Positions 12,064-22,822 are shown, counted from the stretch's first letter. The stretch is 64,000 nucleotides of DNA from Gemmatales bacterium (GCA_041640595.1 JBEPZY010000006.1:160001-224000); one strand, 5' to 3'. Notes: generated by a model not told the origin, from the sequence alone. Translations and numbers: made by a program.

Positions 12064-13218
12064 GTGGGGATGTCCCGTCCTGCATACTGGCTGATTGGTA
12101 CCCTGGCCGGCCTCGCATTATTTTTCGTCGGCTGTGATGACCGTTACCCGGAGGATTTGGAATACTACTTCAGCGATCATACCCGTCGGGCCGACCCGGC
12201 CACCAAACAGCCCAGTCCGGAGCAACTAACACAAGCCCAGCTCACACCCGAAAAGCTCCAGGTGTTAGCCGGGTTGCTCAAGCCCATTTTCGGCACACCC
12301 GCCCATCCGAAAGTGAACGTAAGCCAAGCTGGTTTGGATTTGCCCGATGATCCCGAATTGGCCGGGCTCGACGAAACCACCCTGGCGGAAGGTAGCCGAT
12401 TGTATCGCCGCTTCTGCATTCACTGTCACGGCATCGTTGGTGACGGACGTGGCAGCACGGGTCGCTGGCTCAATCCACCACCGCGGGATTTCCGCACCAT
12501 CTGGTTCAAGTTCCGCTCCACCTACGATCCGAGTGGGGCACTGGCACTGCCTTCGCGAGAAGACCTGAAGCGGACCATCCGGCAGGGAATCCCCGGGGCG
12601 AGCATGCCTTCGTTCGCGCTGTTGTCGGAAGATGAGCTCGAGGCCCTGGTCAGCTACGTCATTCACCTCAACATTCGGGGCCGAACCGAGCACGCTCTGG
12701 GCAGGATTCTGCTGGAGAGCCCTTCGCCGAGTGCCGGTGAAGCGGAGGCAAGGGAAGTTCTGCCGGAGAGCTTGCAAGCCATTGTGTCCAGCTGGACAAC
12801 GCAGAGAAAGAAAGTTAAACCAGTGCCGCCGGCCCCGCGCTGGCCGATAATTGAAACTGCCAGCACACCCACGGAAGCGGCGGAGTTGATGCAACGTGCA
12901 CGTGATCTGTTCGCCAACAAAGGTGCCTGCGTGCAATGCCACGGCATTGACGGGCGTGGCGATCCGCGCGAGGTGCCTGATAACGCAAACCGACGCGATT
13001 TCTGGGGCAATCCGCTTCCGCCGCGGGATTTGACTCAGGGTGTGTTCCGCGGTGGCAGTCGGCCCCAGGATTTATTCTGGCGAATTCGCTTGGGCATCGC
13101 TGGTACGGATATGCCCGCCACCGAGGAAAAGCAACTCTCTGACGAGGAAGTCTGGCTCCTGGTCAACTACGTACTTGATATGGCGCGGATTCAACCGCCC
13201 AGCAAACTCGCTGAGTAA
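12064..13218 (+). CDS. Di-haem cytochrome c lipoprotein
   Basis: Lipobox FFVGC; CIHCH and CVQCH, each followed by PPRD and a distal Met (SMP, DMP). Confidence 0.9.
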   Translation: MGMSRPAYWLIGTLAGLALFFVGCDDRYPEDLEYYFSDHTRRADPATKQPSPEQLTQAQLTPEKLQVLAGLLKPIFGTPAHPKVNVSQAGLDLPDDPELAGLDETTLAEGSRLYRRFCIHCHGIVGDGRGSTGRWLNPPPRDFRTIWFKFRSTYDPSGALALPSREDLKRTIRQGIPGASMPSFALLSEDELEALVSYVIHLNIRGRTEHALGRILLESPSPSAGEAEAREVLPESLQAIVSSWTTQRKKVKPVPPAPRWPIIETASTPTEAAELMQRARDLFANKGACVQCHGIDGRGDPREVPDNANRRDFWGNPLPPRDLTQGVFRGGSRPQDLFWRIRLGIAGTDMPATEEKQLSDEEVWLLVNYVLDMARIQPPSKLAE

Positions 13219-13236
13219 AACTGCCGGAAGGGAGAA

Positions 13237-14100
13237 TTGTCCGTGCGGCTGCAAAAACTGCTCTGGACGCTGCTATTTTTGAGTGTGCCGATATTCGGCG
13301 TGGTCTCGTTCTGGGTCTGCGACCGGTACCAGGCTTTGTGGCCCGCTAATGTCTCCGAGATTTATGGCCGCAAGATTGACCACCTCTTTGACGTGATCAT
13401 GTGGATCACCGGCATCTTTTTCGTGGGCACGGAATTGCTCCTCGTTTACGCCATGTTCACCAGCAAAGATCAGGACTCCCAGGAGAAAGCCGATTTCGTT
13501 CACGGTAACCGCACGATGGAAATCGGCTGGACGCTCATGGCAGCGGCGATCCTGATTTTCGTGGCGTTTTATCAGATTCCCACCTGGACAGAAGTCAAGG
13601 TGCAGAAACCGAAGAAGCCGGCCGACGCCCATATCACCGCCAGTATGTGGATGTGGCAGGTGCGTTATCCGCTCTGGGATGAAAAAGCCCAAGCTCCGAG
13701 GAAACTCGATGTTGTCCAGCCTGCCCTCTCGGAAACTTTCGAGCTGGTTAACGAGCTGCACATTCCCGCTAAGGAAACTGTGCTTATTTACGTGACTTCC
13801 AGAGACGTCATTCATTCCTTCTACGTGCCAAAGATGCGTGTCAAACAGGATGCTGTGCCTGGCCTGCTCATTCCGGTCTGGTTTGATGCCGCCCGACCAG
13901 GCAACTACGAATTTTACTGCGCGGAACTCTGTGGCCCTGGACATTACATGATGCGCGCCCGCGTGGTGGTGCACGAATCGCGTAAGGAATACGAGCAATG
14001 GTTGCGCGAGCAGACGGAGCGATTGCGGGCACCGACGCCTCCGCCGCAAGTTGCCGCTTCCTCCACACCGACCGAGTCGCTTTCTCTGGCCGGCAAGTAG
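13237..14100 (+). CDS. coxB: Cytochrome c oxidase subunit II
   Basis: DVIHSF and CuA motif CAELCGPGHYMM; no fused cytochrome c. Confidence 0.96.
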   Translation: MSVRLQKLLWTLLFLSVPIFGVVSFWVCDRYQALWPANVSEIYGRKIDHLFDVIMWITGIFFVGTELLLVYAMFTSKDQDSQEKADFVHGNRTMEIGWTLMAAAILIFVAFYQIPTWTEVKVQKPKKPADAHITASMWMWQVRYPLWDEKAQAPRKLDVVQPALSETFELVNELHIPAKETVLIYVTSRDVIHSFYVPKMRVKQDAVPGLLIPVWFDAARPGNYEFYCAELCGPGHYMMRARVVVHESRKEYEQWLREQTERLRAPTPPPQVAASSTPTESLSLAGK

Positions 14101-14192
14101 TGCCCCGCTCAGGCTGCTGGAGCACAACGCATCAATTTTGCCAATGTATCTTTGTAAGGAACGGCGTCCCGCCTAACCGAGGGTAGCTAAAC

Positions 14193-15998
14193 ATGCAAGC
14201 CACGAATACGGAGCACCATGAAGGCCATCATGGCCACGAACTGAGCTTCATTCGCCGCTATATCTTTTCCACCGACCACAAAATCATCGGGTTGCAATTC
14301 TTTTTCACCGCCTGGGTCATGATGATCGTGGGCGGGTTGCTGGCATTGCTCATCCGCTGGCAGCTGGCGTATCCCGATGCCGAGGTGCCGTTGATTGGCC
14401 GCTGGCTCTGGCCGCACAACGCCGGCAAAATGACTCCCGAAGCCTATGTTTCCGCTGTTACCATGCACGGTTCCATCATGATATTTGCAGTCGTGATTCC
14501 GATGACCACGGCCGCTTTCGGCAACTACCTGATCCCGTTGCAGATCGGCTTTCGGGACATGGCGTTTCCGACGCTGAATATGCTTTCGTACTGGTTTATC
14601 TGGCCGGCACTAGCCTGTTTTATCGCCAGCTTCTTCAGTGCCAGCGGCCCGGCCGGCTCAGGATGGACGGCCTATCCGACGTTGAGTGTGATTCAGCAGG
14701 CGGCTCCGGGTTCTGGGACTGGGCAAACACTGTGGTATCTCGGCCTGCTCTTTGTCGGCGTGTCCTCGATGATGGGTTCGGTCAACTACCTGACCACGAT
14801 CATCAATTGCCGAGCGCCGGGCATGACTTTCTTCCGTTTGCCAATGACGACCTGGTCGCTGTTCGTAACGGCCATTTTGCAGGCGTTTGCTTTGCCAGTG
14901 CTCACGGTAGCCCTGATCCTCGGGCTGCTGGATAACCTGGGCTTCACCTCGTTTTTCGTGCCGCAGAACTTCGACGGCAACTGGATTGTCAACAACTTTG
15001 CCCGACGATCGGCGGGTGGCCAGCCGCTGTTGTTCCAGCACCTGTTCTGGTTCTACTCGCACCCGGCCGTTTACATCATGGTGTTGCCGACGATGGGCAT
15101 GGCCTCGGATATTATCGCCACCCATGTCCGCAAACCTTTGTTCGGCTATAAGCCAATGGTTTATTCGATTCTCGGCATCGCCGGGTTGGGATTTATCGTG
15201 TGGGGACATCATATGTTCGTCAGCGGTATGAATCCGACCCTGGGCACGGCGTTCATGGTCGCCACCATCATGATCGCCCTGCCTTCCTCGGTGAAGGTCT
15301 TCAACTGGATTTTCACCCTCTGGGGAAGTAAACCGGACTGGAGCACGGCACTGTTGTTTGCACTGGCATTCGTCGCCTTCTTCATCATCGGTGGGTTGAG
15401 CGGCATTTTCATGGCCTCCACACCGACCGACATTCACATTCACGACACGTACTTCATCGTGGCCCACTTCCACTTTGTCATCATGCTGGGCGGTATGTTT
15501 GCGATCTTTGCCGCCACCTATCACTGGTTCCCGAAGATGTTCGGCCGCAAGATGAACGAGACGCTGGGCAAGTTGCACTTTGTGTTCTCGTTCATCCCGA
15601 TCTTCATCGGCTTCTATCTGATGCACCAGGTGGGTCTGCTGGGGCAACCGCGTCGTTATGCCGACATCCGACCGATGCTGGACACGGAAGCCGGTTATGC
15701 CATCATCCTGATGAATAAGATCAGCACGCACAGCATATTCGTGTTTGCGGCAGCGCAGGTAATTTTCGCGTTCAACCTGTTCTACAGCATGTTCTTTGGC
15801 GAGAAGGTTGACCGCAACCCGTGGCGATCGAACTCGCTGGAATGGGAAGCCCCTTCGCCCCCGCCGCATGGCAATTTCGAGCGTACCCCGGTGGTTTATC
15901 GCGGCCCTTACGAATACAGCCATCCTGCCGCGGAGCAGGACTACTTGCCGCAGACTCACCCACCCATTCCGGGTGAAGAGGAGCACACCGGCCATTGA
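14193..15998 (+). CDS. coxA: Cytochrome c oxidase subunit I (A2 type)
   Basis: STDHK, WFYSHPAVY (YSHPxV marks A2), WGHHM, VAHFH. Confidence 0.98.
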   Translation: MQATNTEHHEGHHGHELSFIRRYIFSTDHKIIGLQFFFTAWVMMIVGGLLALLIRWQLAYPDAEVPLIGRWLWPHNAGKMTPEAYVSAVTMHGSIMIFAVVIPMTTAAFGNYLIPLQIGFRDMAFPTLNMLSYWFIWPALACFIASFFSASGPAGSGWTAYPTLSVIQQAAPGSGTGQTLWYLGLLFVGVSSMMGSVNYLTTIINCRAPGMTFFRLPMTTWSLFVTAILQAFALPVLTVALILGLLDNLGFTSFFVPQNFDGNWIVNNFARRSAGGQPLLFQHLFWFYSHPAVYIMVLPTMGMASDIIATHVRKPLFGYKPMVYSILGIAGLGFIVWGHHMFVSGMNPTLGTAFMVATIMIALPSSVKVFNWIFTLWGSKPDWSTALLFALAFVAFFIIGGLSGIFMASTPTDIHIHDTYFIVAHFHFVIMLGGMFAIFAATYHWFPKMFGRKMNETLGKLHFVFSFIPIFIGFYLMHQVGLLGQPRRYADIRPMLDTEAGYAIILMNKISTHSIFVFAAAQVIFAFNLFYSMFFGEKVDRNPWRSNSLEWEAPSPPPHGNFERTPVVYRGPYEYSHPAAEQDYLPQTHPPIPGEEEHTGH

Positions 15999-16032
15999 CC
16001 GTACCAAAGTCCCCTGCCGGAGTCGGAGTAGC

Positions 16033-17010
16033 GTGACTGGTCAAGGCACCGGTTATTGTTTCGGCTTGCATTTGTGGAGCCTGCTGACAGCGCTGGCAAC
16101 TATTCCGCTGTTGCTGGCTGGCGGCACAGTAACCACCATGCGCTGGGGTATGGTGGACGATACCTGGCCGACTTCGCCCTGGTACTTGCTGGCTAACTGG
16201 TCGGAAGCGCTGGCGCGGGGACTGGCGTTTGTTGCAGAACACGGTCATCGGCAACTCGGTTGGCTGGTGGGCGGTCTGACGCTTGTGTTAACTGGCTGGA
16301 CGTGGTTGACGGCCAAACAACGGCACACGCGTTTGCATAACTGGCTGGCATTGGCGTGCTTGCTCGGTGTCGCCTTGCAGGGGCTTCTCGGCGGTCTGCG
16401 TGTGCTTTACGAGGTGCCCATCGGCCGGGAACTGGCCATGCTGCATGGCATCATCGGGCAGGTTGTCTTCACGCTCCTGGTGGCTATGGCAACAGTCCTT
16501 TCGCCGAGCTGGCTAGCCGGTGAAACGGTGCCCGTGTCTGGCCGCAACAAGATGCTGCGTCTGGCTGGATTGACCCTGGGGCTGCTCATGGCCCAGCTGG
16601 TAGTGGGAGTATGGCTTAGGCAAGCTGGTGGCCGAACCAGCTGGCCGATCGTCGTGCATTTGGTGCTGGCAGCAGGAATTTTGTTCCACGCAGTATTGCT
16701 ATACGTGAAAAGTCAGTCGCTGGAGCCAGGCGCATATCGCTATCTTCGCTGGCCTGGTTTCTGGTTAGGAGTGCTGGCGGGAATCCAGGTCCTGTTCGGC
16801 ATGGGGAGCTGGATGCTGGGCGGCGGTGATGGAGGCTTAAGCCGGGAAATCTCCCCAGAACGTGCTCTGGTGGCGACGGGGCACATGCTGATCGGGGCAC
16901 TGTTGCTGGCGGCATCGGCTACGATGGCACTGCGCATAGCGCACCACCTGAGGGAAAGCGTTTCGACCGTTGCGATTCCATCTCCCCTGGCCCTGGGAGG
17001 GCAGCCATGA
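16033..17010 (+). CDS. ctaA: Haem A synthase (COX15/CtaA)
   Basis: EHGHR, QGLLGG, conserved His in TM helices; GTG 16033 after GGAG. Confidence 0.88.
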   Translation: MTGQGTGYCFGLHLWSLLTALATIPLLLAGGTVTTMRWGMVDDTWPTSPWYLLANWSEALARGLAFVAEHGHRQLGWLVGGLTLVLTGWTWLTAKQRHTRLHNWLALACLLGVALQGLLGGLRVLYEVPIGRELAMLHGIIGQVVFTLLVAMATVLSPSWLAGETVPVSGRNKMLRLAGLTLGLLMAQLVVGVWLRQAGGRTSWPIVVHLVLAAGILFHAVLLYVKSQSLEPGAYRYLRWPGFWLGVLAGIQVLFGMGSWMLGGGDGGLSREISPERALVATGHMLIGALLLAASATMALRIAHHLRESVSTVAIPSPLALGGQP

Positions 17011-18038
17011 AAGTGGTGCCCGCTTCGTCTGGCACCTGGTCTGGTGAGATCCTTGTGCCATTAGTCCCGGCGAAAGAATCAGCCGGAGACAGGGTAACGG
17101 TGCCTGATGGTGTTTCGCTTCAGGTTGGTGGCGTACAGGTTTCCGGTGCAGAAGAAACCCGCCGGGAGATTCGTAGCAGCTGGTGGAGCGATTGGGCCGA
17201 ATTGTGCAAGGTCCGCTTGAACAGCCTGGTGCTGTACACGGTAGTGGTTGGATATGTGAGCGGTTCCGCCTGGCAGGGCGGCTGGACAGGAGCGGGTTTG
17301 TTGTGGACGTTGCTGGGAACGGCATTATTGGCGTTTGGTGCATCCGTGCTCAATCAGTATGTGGAACGGGATTTGGATGCTCGCATGGTGCGAACGCAGC
17401 GGCGACCGCTTCCTGCCGGCAGGGTGCGACCGGAGTCGGCATTGCGAGGCGGAGTGCTGCTTGCATGTGCGGGCCTGGTCGTGCTGGTCGCCGCTACTCC
17501 GCCGATTACGGCTCTGCTTGGTGCTACCACGCTGGCGCTGTATCTGGGCGTTTACACGCCACTGAAGACCCGCTCCACGCTGAACACGGTGGCGGGTGCT
17601 ATAGCTGGTGCACTGCCCCCGCTGATCGGTTGGAGTGCGGCCCGCGGCGAACTGGAATGGCCAGCCTGGTCGTTATTTTTGATGCAGTTCTTGTGGCAAT
17701 TCCCCCATTTCTGGGCGATCGTGTGGCTATATCGTGAGGATTACGCTCGTGCCGGCATGAAAATGGTACCGGTGCTGGACCCGAATGGGCGCATGACCGG
17801 GCGATTGCTGGTCAACCATTGTCTGGTGTTGGCAGCCGCGAGTTTCAGTCCCGTGCTTACCGGACTGAGCGGGACGCGCTATCTGGTAGCTGCTGTTGTG
17901 CTTGGCGCAGCTTTCGTGCTTTCGGCATGGTGGTTTTTGTTGTCGCCGAATCGCGCTCGTGCTCGCTTGGTGCTCTGGACATCGCTGGTCTATCTTCCAG
18001 TCCTTTTCACCATTTTGCTGATAGACGGCACTGCCTGA
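17007..18038 (+). CDS. ctaB: Protohaem IX farnesyltransferase (haem O synthase)
   Basis: NQYVERDLDARMVRTQRRPLP, YTPLK, WQFPHF. Confidence 0.96.
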   Translation: MKVVPASSGTWSGEILVPLVPAKESAGDRVTVPDGVSLQVGGVQVSGAEETRREIRSSWWSDWAELCKVRLNSLVLYTVVVGYVSGSAWQGGWTGAGLLWTLLGTALLAFGASVLNQYVERDLDARMVRTQRRPLPAGRVRPESALRGGVLLACAGLVVLVAATPPITALLGATTLALYLGVYTPLKTRSTLNTVAGAIAGALPPLIGWSAARGELEWPAWSLFLMQFLWQFPHFWAIVWLYREDYARAGMKMVPVLDPNGRMTGRLLVNHCLVLAAASFSPVLTGLSGTRYLVAAVVLGAAFVLSAWWFLLSPNRARARLVLWTSLVYLPVLFTILLIDGTA

Positions 18039-18119
18039 CTGCATCATTTTCTGGAGGCAAGGACGACACAGCATTCCCGAAACGCAATAGCCAGCTGAGA
18101 CAAGAGGAGATAGATAGCC

Positions 18120-19172
18120 ATGGCAGCTCTAGAACATGCCTTGCATGGGGAAGAACCGCGAGCGATGGGGTTGCCTTTACCCAACTCCAAACTCGCGATG
18201 TGGCTGTTTCTGGCAACGGAAATCATGTTCTTTTCGGGCCTGATTGGGGCCTACATCGTGCAACGGTTCGGAGCGCCACACTGGCCCAGGCCGGAGGAAA
18301 TGCATCTGGTCGTGGCCCTGGGAGCCTTCAATACTTTCGTGCTAATCTGCAGTTCGGTTACGGTAGTGCTGGCGCTGAAGGCGTTGCATGAAGAGAAGAC
18401 GCAGCAGGCCGCGATGTTTTTGCTGGCGACATTCCTGCTCGGCGGCGTGTTCATGGTGGTCAAAGCTATCGAATACACCGACAAATGGCGGCATCACCTC
18501 CTGCCGGGACAGGTAATCGAAAGCGTACCGGCCCTGGTGCAGGAAGCACTGGCAGAGCGGCGGCAGGTTGCCCAGCAGCAAAAGAAAAAGCCCGAAGAGG
18601 ACGCCGTTTTTGTCGCTTTGGATCGTTTCTACCGTTACAACATAGGGAATGCTCGCTTGCAACCTGCGCAAGCGCTCAAGTGGTACAATGACGTTCGCAA
18701 CGCATTTCCCCAAGCCGGGCTACCAGACATCACACGTGGTGAAGAAGTGGCCGAGACGGTGGGAAGACTTGTTCAGACCCGTCGCGCCGAACTGAAAGAA
18801 AAGCGTACTGCTCACGACCCCCTTCTGGAGGAACTCGAAGCCTTGTCGTTGGCCGCTCACGGTATTCCCATGAGCAGACGGCAGCAAGCCGTTCACTACC
18901 ACTACTTATCGGAGCAGAAATACCGGGAAGCGCATCTGCCCGAGTTGCGGCTGTACGGAAACACGTGGTCATCGTTTTATTTCACGCTGACGGGCATCCA
19001 CGCGCTGCACGTGCTCGGCGGCATGGTGATCTTCGCCGTGCTCCTGGTGTTTTACCTGCTGGGTCGGCTTGGCCCGGATAAGGCCATCTGGGTCGAAAAC
19101 GCCGGTCTTTACTGGCACTTTGTGGACATCGTCTGGATTTTCCTCTTCCCGCTGCTATACCTGATTGGATAG
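18120..19172 (+). CDS. coxC: Cytochrome c oxidase subunit III with a large soluble insertion
   Basis: [35 protein letters not shown]. Confidence 0.93.
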   Translation: MAALEHALHGEEPRAMGLPLPNSKLAMWLFLATEIMFFSGLIGAYIVQRFGAPHWPRPEEMHLVVALGAFNTFVLICSSVTVVLALKALHEEKTQQAAMFLLATFLLGGVFMVVKAIEYTDKWRHHLLPGQVIESVPALVQEALAERRQVAQQQKKKPEEDAVFVALDRFYRYNIGNARLQPAQALKWYNDVRNAFPQAGLPDITRGEEVAETVGRLVQTRRAELKEKRTAHDPLLEELEALSLAAHGIPMSRRQQAVHYHYLSEQKYREAHLPELRLYGNTWSSFYFTLTGIHALHVLGGMVIFAVLLVFYLLGRLGPDKAIWVENAGLYWHFVDIVWIFLFPLLYLIG

Positions 19173-19193
19173 GAGAACGAGGGAGAAATCCAC

Positions 19194-19520
19194 ATGACTG
19201 CGACTCATGAAACCCACGCCCATCCGAATTACCTGGCCGTTTTTGCCGCTCTGGTAGTGCTGACCGGCATCTCGGTCAGTTCGGAGTACTTTCTCGGAGC
19301 CGGCGCAGCCCACGTGGTCAACGTGCTGGTGGCGGTATGTAAGGCCGTGCTGGTGGCTATGTTCTTCATGCACCTGAAGTACGATTGGTTCAAGGTGTAC
19401 TTCATGGTGGTTCCGACGCTCATTGTCGGCATCGTGCTGGTATTGACGCTGATGCCGGACGCCACGTTCTCGCAATACCGCAACTTGCTGGGCGTGCCCC
19501 CGCCGATTGTTGCGGATTAA
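19194..19520 (+). CDS. Cytochrome c oxidase subunit IV family
   Basis: KAVLVAMFFMHLKY motif, 3 TM helices. Confidence 0.9.
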   Translation: MTATHETHAHPNYLAVFAALVVLTGISVSSEYFLGAGAAHVVNVLVAVCKAVLVAMFFMHLKYDWFKVYFMVVPTLIVGIVLVLTLMPDATFSQYRNLLGVPPPIVAD

Positions 19521-19545
19521 CTGCCTACACTGGTGCCGATTGGCG

Positions 19546-20649
19546 ATGCAATGCCGTTCCTGGCTATGGTGGAGTTTGCTGAGCATTGCCATCGCCGGTT
19601 CCATTGGATATGCGCTTTTCGCGCAGTGGGGCAGGTTCCGGACAGGTTCGGAGCGGGAAACCGCAACCGACGAGTACCTCCGCCTGCCGCCAGCCGTGTT
19701 CCTGGAACGTAGCGGTCGCACAGTCAGCACCCGCGATCTCCAGGGGCAGGTTACCATTGTCGGTTTCTTCTTCTCCTGCTGTCAGGCGTCGTGTCCGAAA
19801 ATCTGCCAGGCCATGCAGGATTTGCAATGGCAGCTTCGCGGCACGGATGTTCGGCTGGTGCTGATCAGCGTGGACCCGGAAACCGATCGCGCCGACCGAT
19901 TGCGCCAGGTCGCGGACAGTTTGCAGGCCGACCCCGAACGCTGGTGGTTCCTGACGCAGCCGGAACCAGATTCGGAAAGGTTGTACGCCTGGATCGAAGA
20001 AGGGTTCGGACCAGCCGCTAAGCCAAAGCACCTGAGCTGGTATCACGCCGCACCACGCGGTTGGGACATCGCCCACAGCAACCGACTTTTTTTGCTGGAT
20101 CGACAGGGGCGCATCCGCGACAGTGAACTAGTCGTGCGGCTGGAAGGAGAAAACTCCCCGCTGTTCGTTGTAGATGACGAAGCTGTGCAGAGCCTCGCCG
20201 AAAAAGCCCGTCGCCTTGCTGGCAGTTCCTGGTTATCTCTCCGCTGGCTGCCGACGGTCAACGTTTCGCTCAACGCCACCAGCCTAGTGCTGTTACTATG
20301 CGGGTTCACGGCCATTCGCTTCCGCCGAATTGCATGGCACCGGCGATGCATGATCGCGGCGGCTGTGGTGTCGGCTCTGTTTCTGGCTTCGTATGTTTAC
20401 TACCACTGGCGCGTCGGCCACACGCGCTATCCGGGCGAAGGTTGGGACAGAACTGTGTACCTCGTTATTCTCGCCTCACATATCATCCTTGCTGCCAGCC
20501 TGGTCGTCCTGGTGCCGATGGTCTTATTCCTGGCAATACGTCAGCGCTGGGGCGGACACCGAATTTTGGCCCGGTGTACCTTGCCGATCTGGCTGTACGT
20601 TTGTCTAACCGGTATTGTGGTCTATGCGATGCTGTATGGCTTTCGCTAG
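19546..20649 (+). CDS. SCO-family copper chaperone fused to a DUF420 membrane domain
   Basis: FFFSCCQASCP (CxxxC), ISVDPETD, IAHS; C-terminal LPTVNVSLN...HRRCM...PIWLYV. Confidence 0.85.
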   Translation: MQCRSWLWWSLLSIAIAGSIGYALFAQWGRFRTGSERETATDEYLRLPPAVFLERSGRTVSTRDLQGQVTIVGFFFSCCQASCPKICQAMQDLQWQLRGTDVRLVLISVDPETDRADRLRQVADSLQADPERWWFLTQPEPDSERLYAWIEEGFGPAAKPKHLSWYHAAPRGWDIAHSNRLFLLDRQGRIRDSELVVRLEGENSPLFVVDDEAVQSLAEKARRLAGSSWLSLRWLPTVNVSLNATSLVLLLCGFTAIRFRRIAWHRRCMIAAAVVSALFLASYVYYHWRVGHTRYPGEGWDRTVYLVILASHIILAASLVVLVPMVLFLAIRQRWGGHRILARCTLPIWLYVCLTGIVVYAMLYGFR

Positions 20650-20705
20650 CGGCCAGGCACAGCGCGACCGATTCTCGGACAGTGAACGTTCCCAGCTCAT
20701 GAGGA

Positions 20706-21824
20706 GTGCGCTCCATGATTTCCACTCGTCATGCACCGGTTATGCTGATCACCGCCACGCTGGCTTTGCTGGCTGGTGTGTCGGTATCGCTGCCGGCCAA
20801 TGCGGATAAAACCGCTCCGGTTTATGCGGACCGCCAGAACCTGCTTTTCTACTACGATGCCAAGGGAGAGCTTCGCCCCGTAACGACGCCGCAAGAGTGG
20901 GACATTCGCCGTCAGCATATCCTGGCCAACATGCAGAAAGTCATGGGACCCTTGCCGAAACACGATCCCGATTTGCCGCTGGAAATTCAAATCGTGGAGG
21001 AGGTGGCCACGCCCAAATATGTTCGTCGCAAAATCACGTACCAGTCCGAGAAAGGCGACCGGGTCCCCGCCTACCTGCTGATACCGCGACAACGCACCGG
21101 CAAAGTGCCAGGCGTCGTTTGTCTGCATCCCACCAATCGCGAACTGGGTAAAGGCGTGGTTTGCGGTCTGGGCGGTTTACCGCATCGCCAGTATGCCGTC
21201 GAATTGGCCGAACTCGGCTTCGTGACCATCGCCCCGGACTATGTCAACATGGGCGAGTACAAATGCGATCCCTACCAGCGTGGCTACATCAGCGCCACCA
21301 TGAAAGGCATCGTTAACCACCGCCGCGCAGTGGACGTGTTGCAAAGTTTGGCGGAAGTGGATGCGGCTCGGATTGGCGCTATCGGGCACTCCCTCGGTGG
21401 GCATAACAGTATTTTTCTGGCTGTCTTTGATGAACGCGTCCGCTGCGTGGTTTCCAGCTGCGGTTTTTGCAGTTTTCGCACCTATATGATGGGCAATCTT
21501 CGCGGCTGGAGTCATGCCGGATATATGCCGCTCATCCTCAAGAATTACGACGCCGACCCCAAGAAGATGCCCTCCGAGTTTACCGAAGTGATTGCTGCAC
21601 TGGCTCCGCGTCCGTTCCTGGCTGTTGCTCCGCTCAAGGACTCGAATTTTGATGTCGAAGGCGTTCGAGAGTGTATTCGTGCCGCGGAACCGGTCTATAA
21701 ACTTCTGAACGCTGGTGACCGTCTCCGCGCTTTGTATCCCGATGCGGGACACGACTTCCCTGATGACGCCCGCCAGGAAGCGTATCGCTGGCTGCAACAC
21801 CATCTCACCGCCACAAGCCGCTAA
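20706..21824 (+). CDS. Secreted alpha/beta hydrolase (esterase/dienelactone-hydrolase-like)
   Basis: Signal peptide, GHSLGG nucleophile elbow, GHDFP catalytic His. Confidence 0.88.
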   Translation: MRSMISTRHAPVMLITATLALLAGVSVSLPANADKTAPVYADRQNLLFYYDAKGELRPVTTPQEWDIRRQHILANMQKVMGPLPKHDPDLPLEIQIVEEVATPKYVRRKITYQSEKGDRVPAYLLIPRQRTGKVPGVVCLHPTNRELGKGVVCGLGGLPHRQYAVELAELGFVTIAPDYVNMGEYKCDPYQRGYISATMKGIVNHRRAVDVLQSLAEVDAARIGAIGHSLGGHNSIFLAVFDERVRCVVSSCGFCSFRTYMMGNLRGWSHAGYMPLILKNYDADPKKMPSEFTEVIAALAPRPFLAVAPLKDSNFDVEGVRECIRAAEPVYKLLNAGDRLRALYPDAGHDFPDDARQEAYRWLQHHLTATSR

Positions 21825-22230
21825 CCGTGTTCGTCGTGGGACCTCTCAGCGGCAACCCCTGATTTGGTTCCATCATAACGCCGTGAGCGGGTAACTGCTA
21901 CAGGAAAAATCGCATCCCTGGCTAATTCCAACCGTCATCGTGCGCAGACTCTCCAGCGTAACGACCAACCTCCCAGCCAATCTGGCTCACCACAGGGTGA
22001 ATGAGTTGCTCTCATGTCGTCAGGACAGCAGCGAACGAAATGGATGGTGCAACGTAATTGCAGCCTGGTCTGTCTCCGCTGCGGTCTATCCTTCCAAACG
22101 GCCATCTCCGAGGCGTTGTTCTTGCGTCAATCACAGCAAGGGTATCCCAATTACGAACCAGTTATTCCGAACGGCCGATATAGAGGCATTGCCGCTGCAC
22201 GCCGATACGTGTCATTGTTGTTTATGGGGA

Positions 22231-22598
22231 TTACTCGATCGGTAATCGGCGGATGTGAATGCGAGTGTCCTCAAGAACAACAACACTTCCTTGCTCGAGA
22301 GCGTCCGTGAACCTCGGCAGATTAGTAAGAAGCAAGCGAAGCTGCTCGTTCGGTCTGCGTCCAAACAGCCGCCGGAACAGAATTACCGACGGCTTGTTGC
22401 TGTTTCGGTGAGCCAGGATCACGCTAAAATCCGTGTCTGCCGAAACGGGACACGTTCTTCGGAGGCCGCACGGTCGAATGCTTCCGCGTCTTCAGCCGCT
22501 TGCAGTCCGTATTCGCGAACGTGGACTGTGTCGTGTCCGGCTTGGCGTAGCCCCTCCGCCACTGGAGGCGAAAGAGCATTATCTACCAGGAATTTCAT
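22231..22598 (-). pseudogene. DUF5615 PIN-like toxin, frameshifted
   Basis: ATG 22598 gives [11 protein letters not shown]...EERV. The family continuation [14 protein letters not shown]... is in another frame after a 1-nt loss near 22447. Confidence 0.85.
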
Positions 22599-22822
22599 GG
22601 CGTTGTTAGAGGCAATTCACGTTCTTGCACTGCCTCTGCTGCATAGTGCAGTGCTTCGCGGATGTCTTCCGCTTCCAGGTCGGGATAAGCGGCCCGGATC
22701 TCGTCCACGGCCACCCCGTCCGCCACCATTGCCACGACCGTCGCCACTGGCATTCGCAGGCCTCGAATGCAGGGAGTTCCTCCCATCTGGTCCGGGTTGA
22801 CTGTAATGCGTGCGAACTTCAT
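22595..22822 (-). CDS. DUF433 antitoxin-like protein
   Basis: [21 protein letters not shown]...[20 protein letters not shown] overlap with the toxin gene. Confidence 0.93.
   Translation of the reverse strand: MKFARITVNPDQMGGTPCIRGLRMPVATVVAMVADGVAVDEIRAAYPDLEAEDIREALHYAAEAVQERELPLTTP

Noticed and set aside
14658..16007. 449-aa minus-strand ORF
   Set aside because: Antisense shadow of coxA
22014..22310. Cys-containing 98-aa ORF
   Set aside because: Overlaps the PIN pseudogene antisense and has no recognisable motif or RBS
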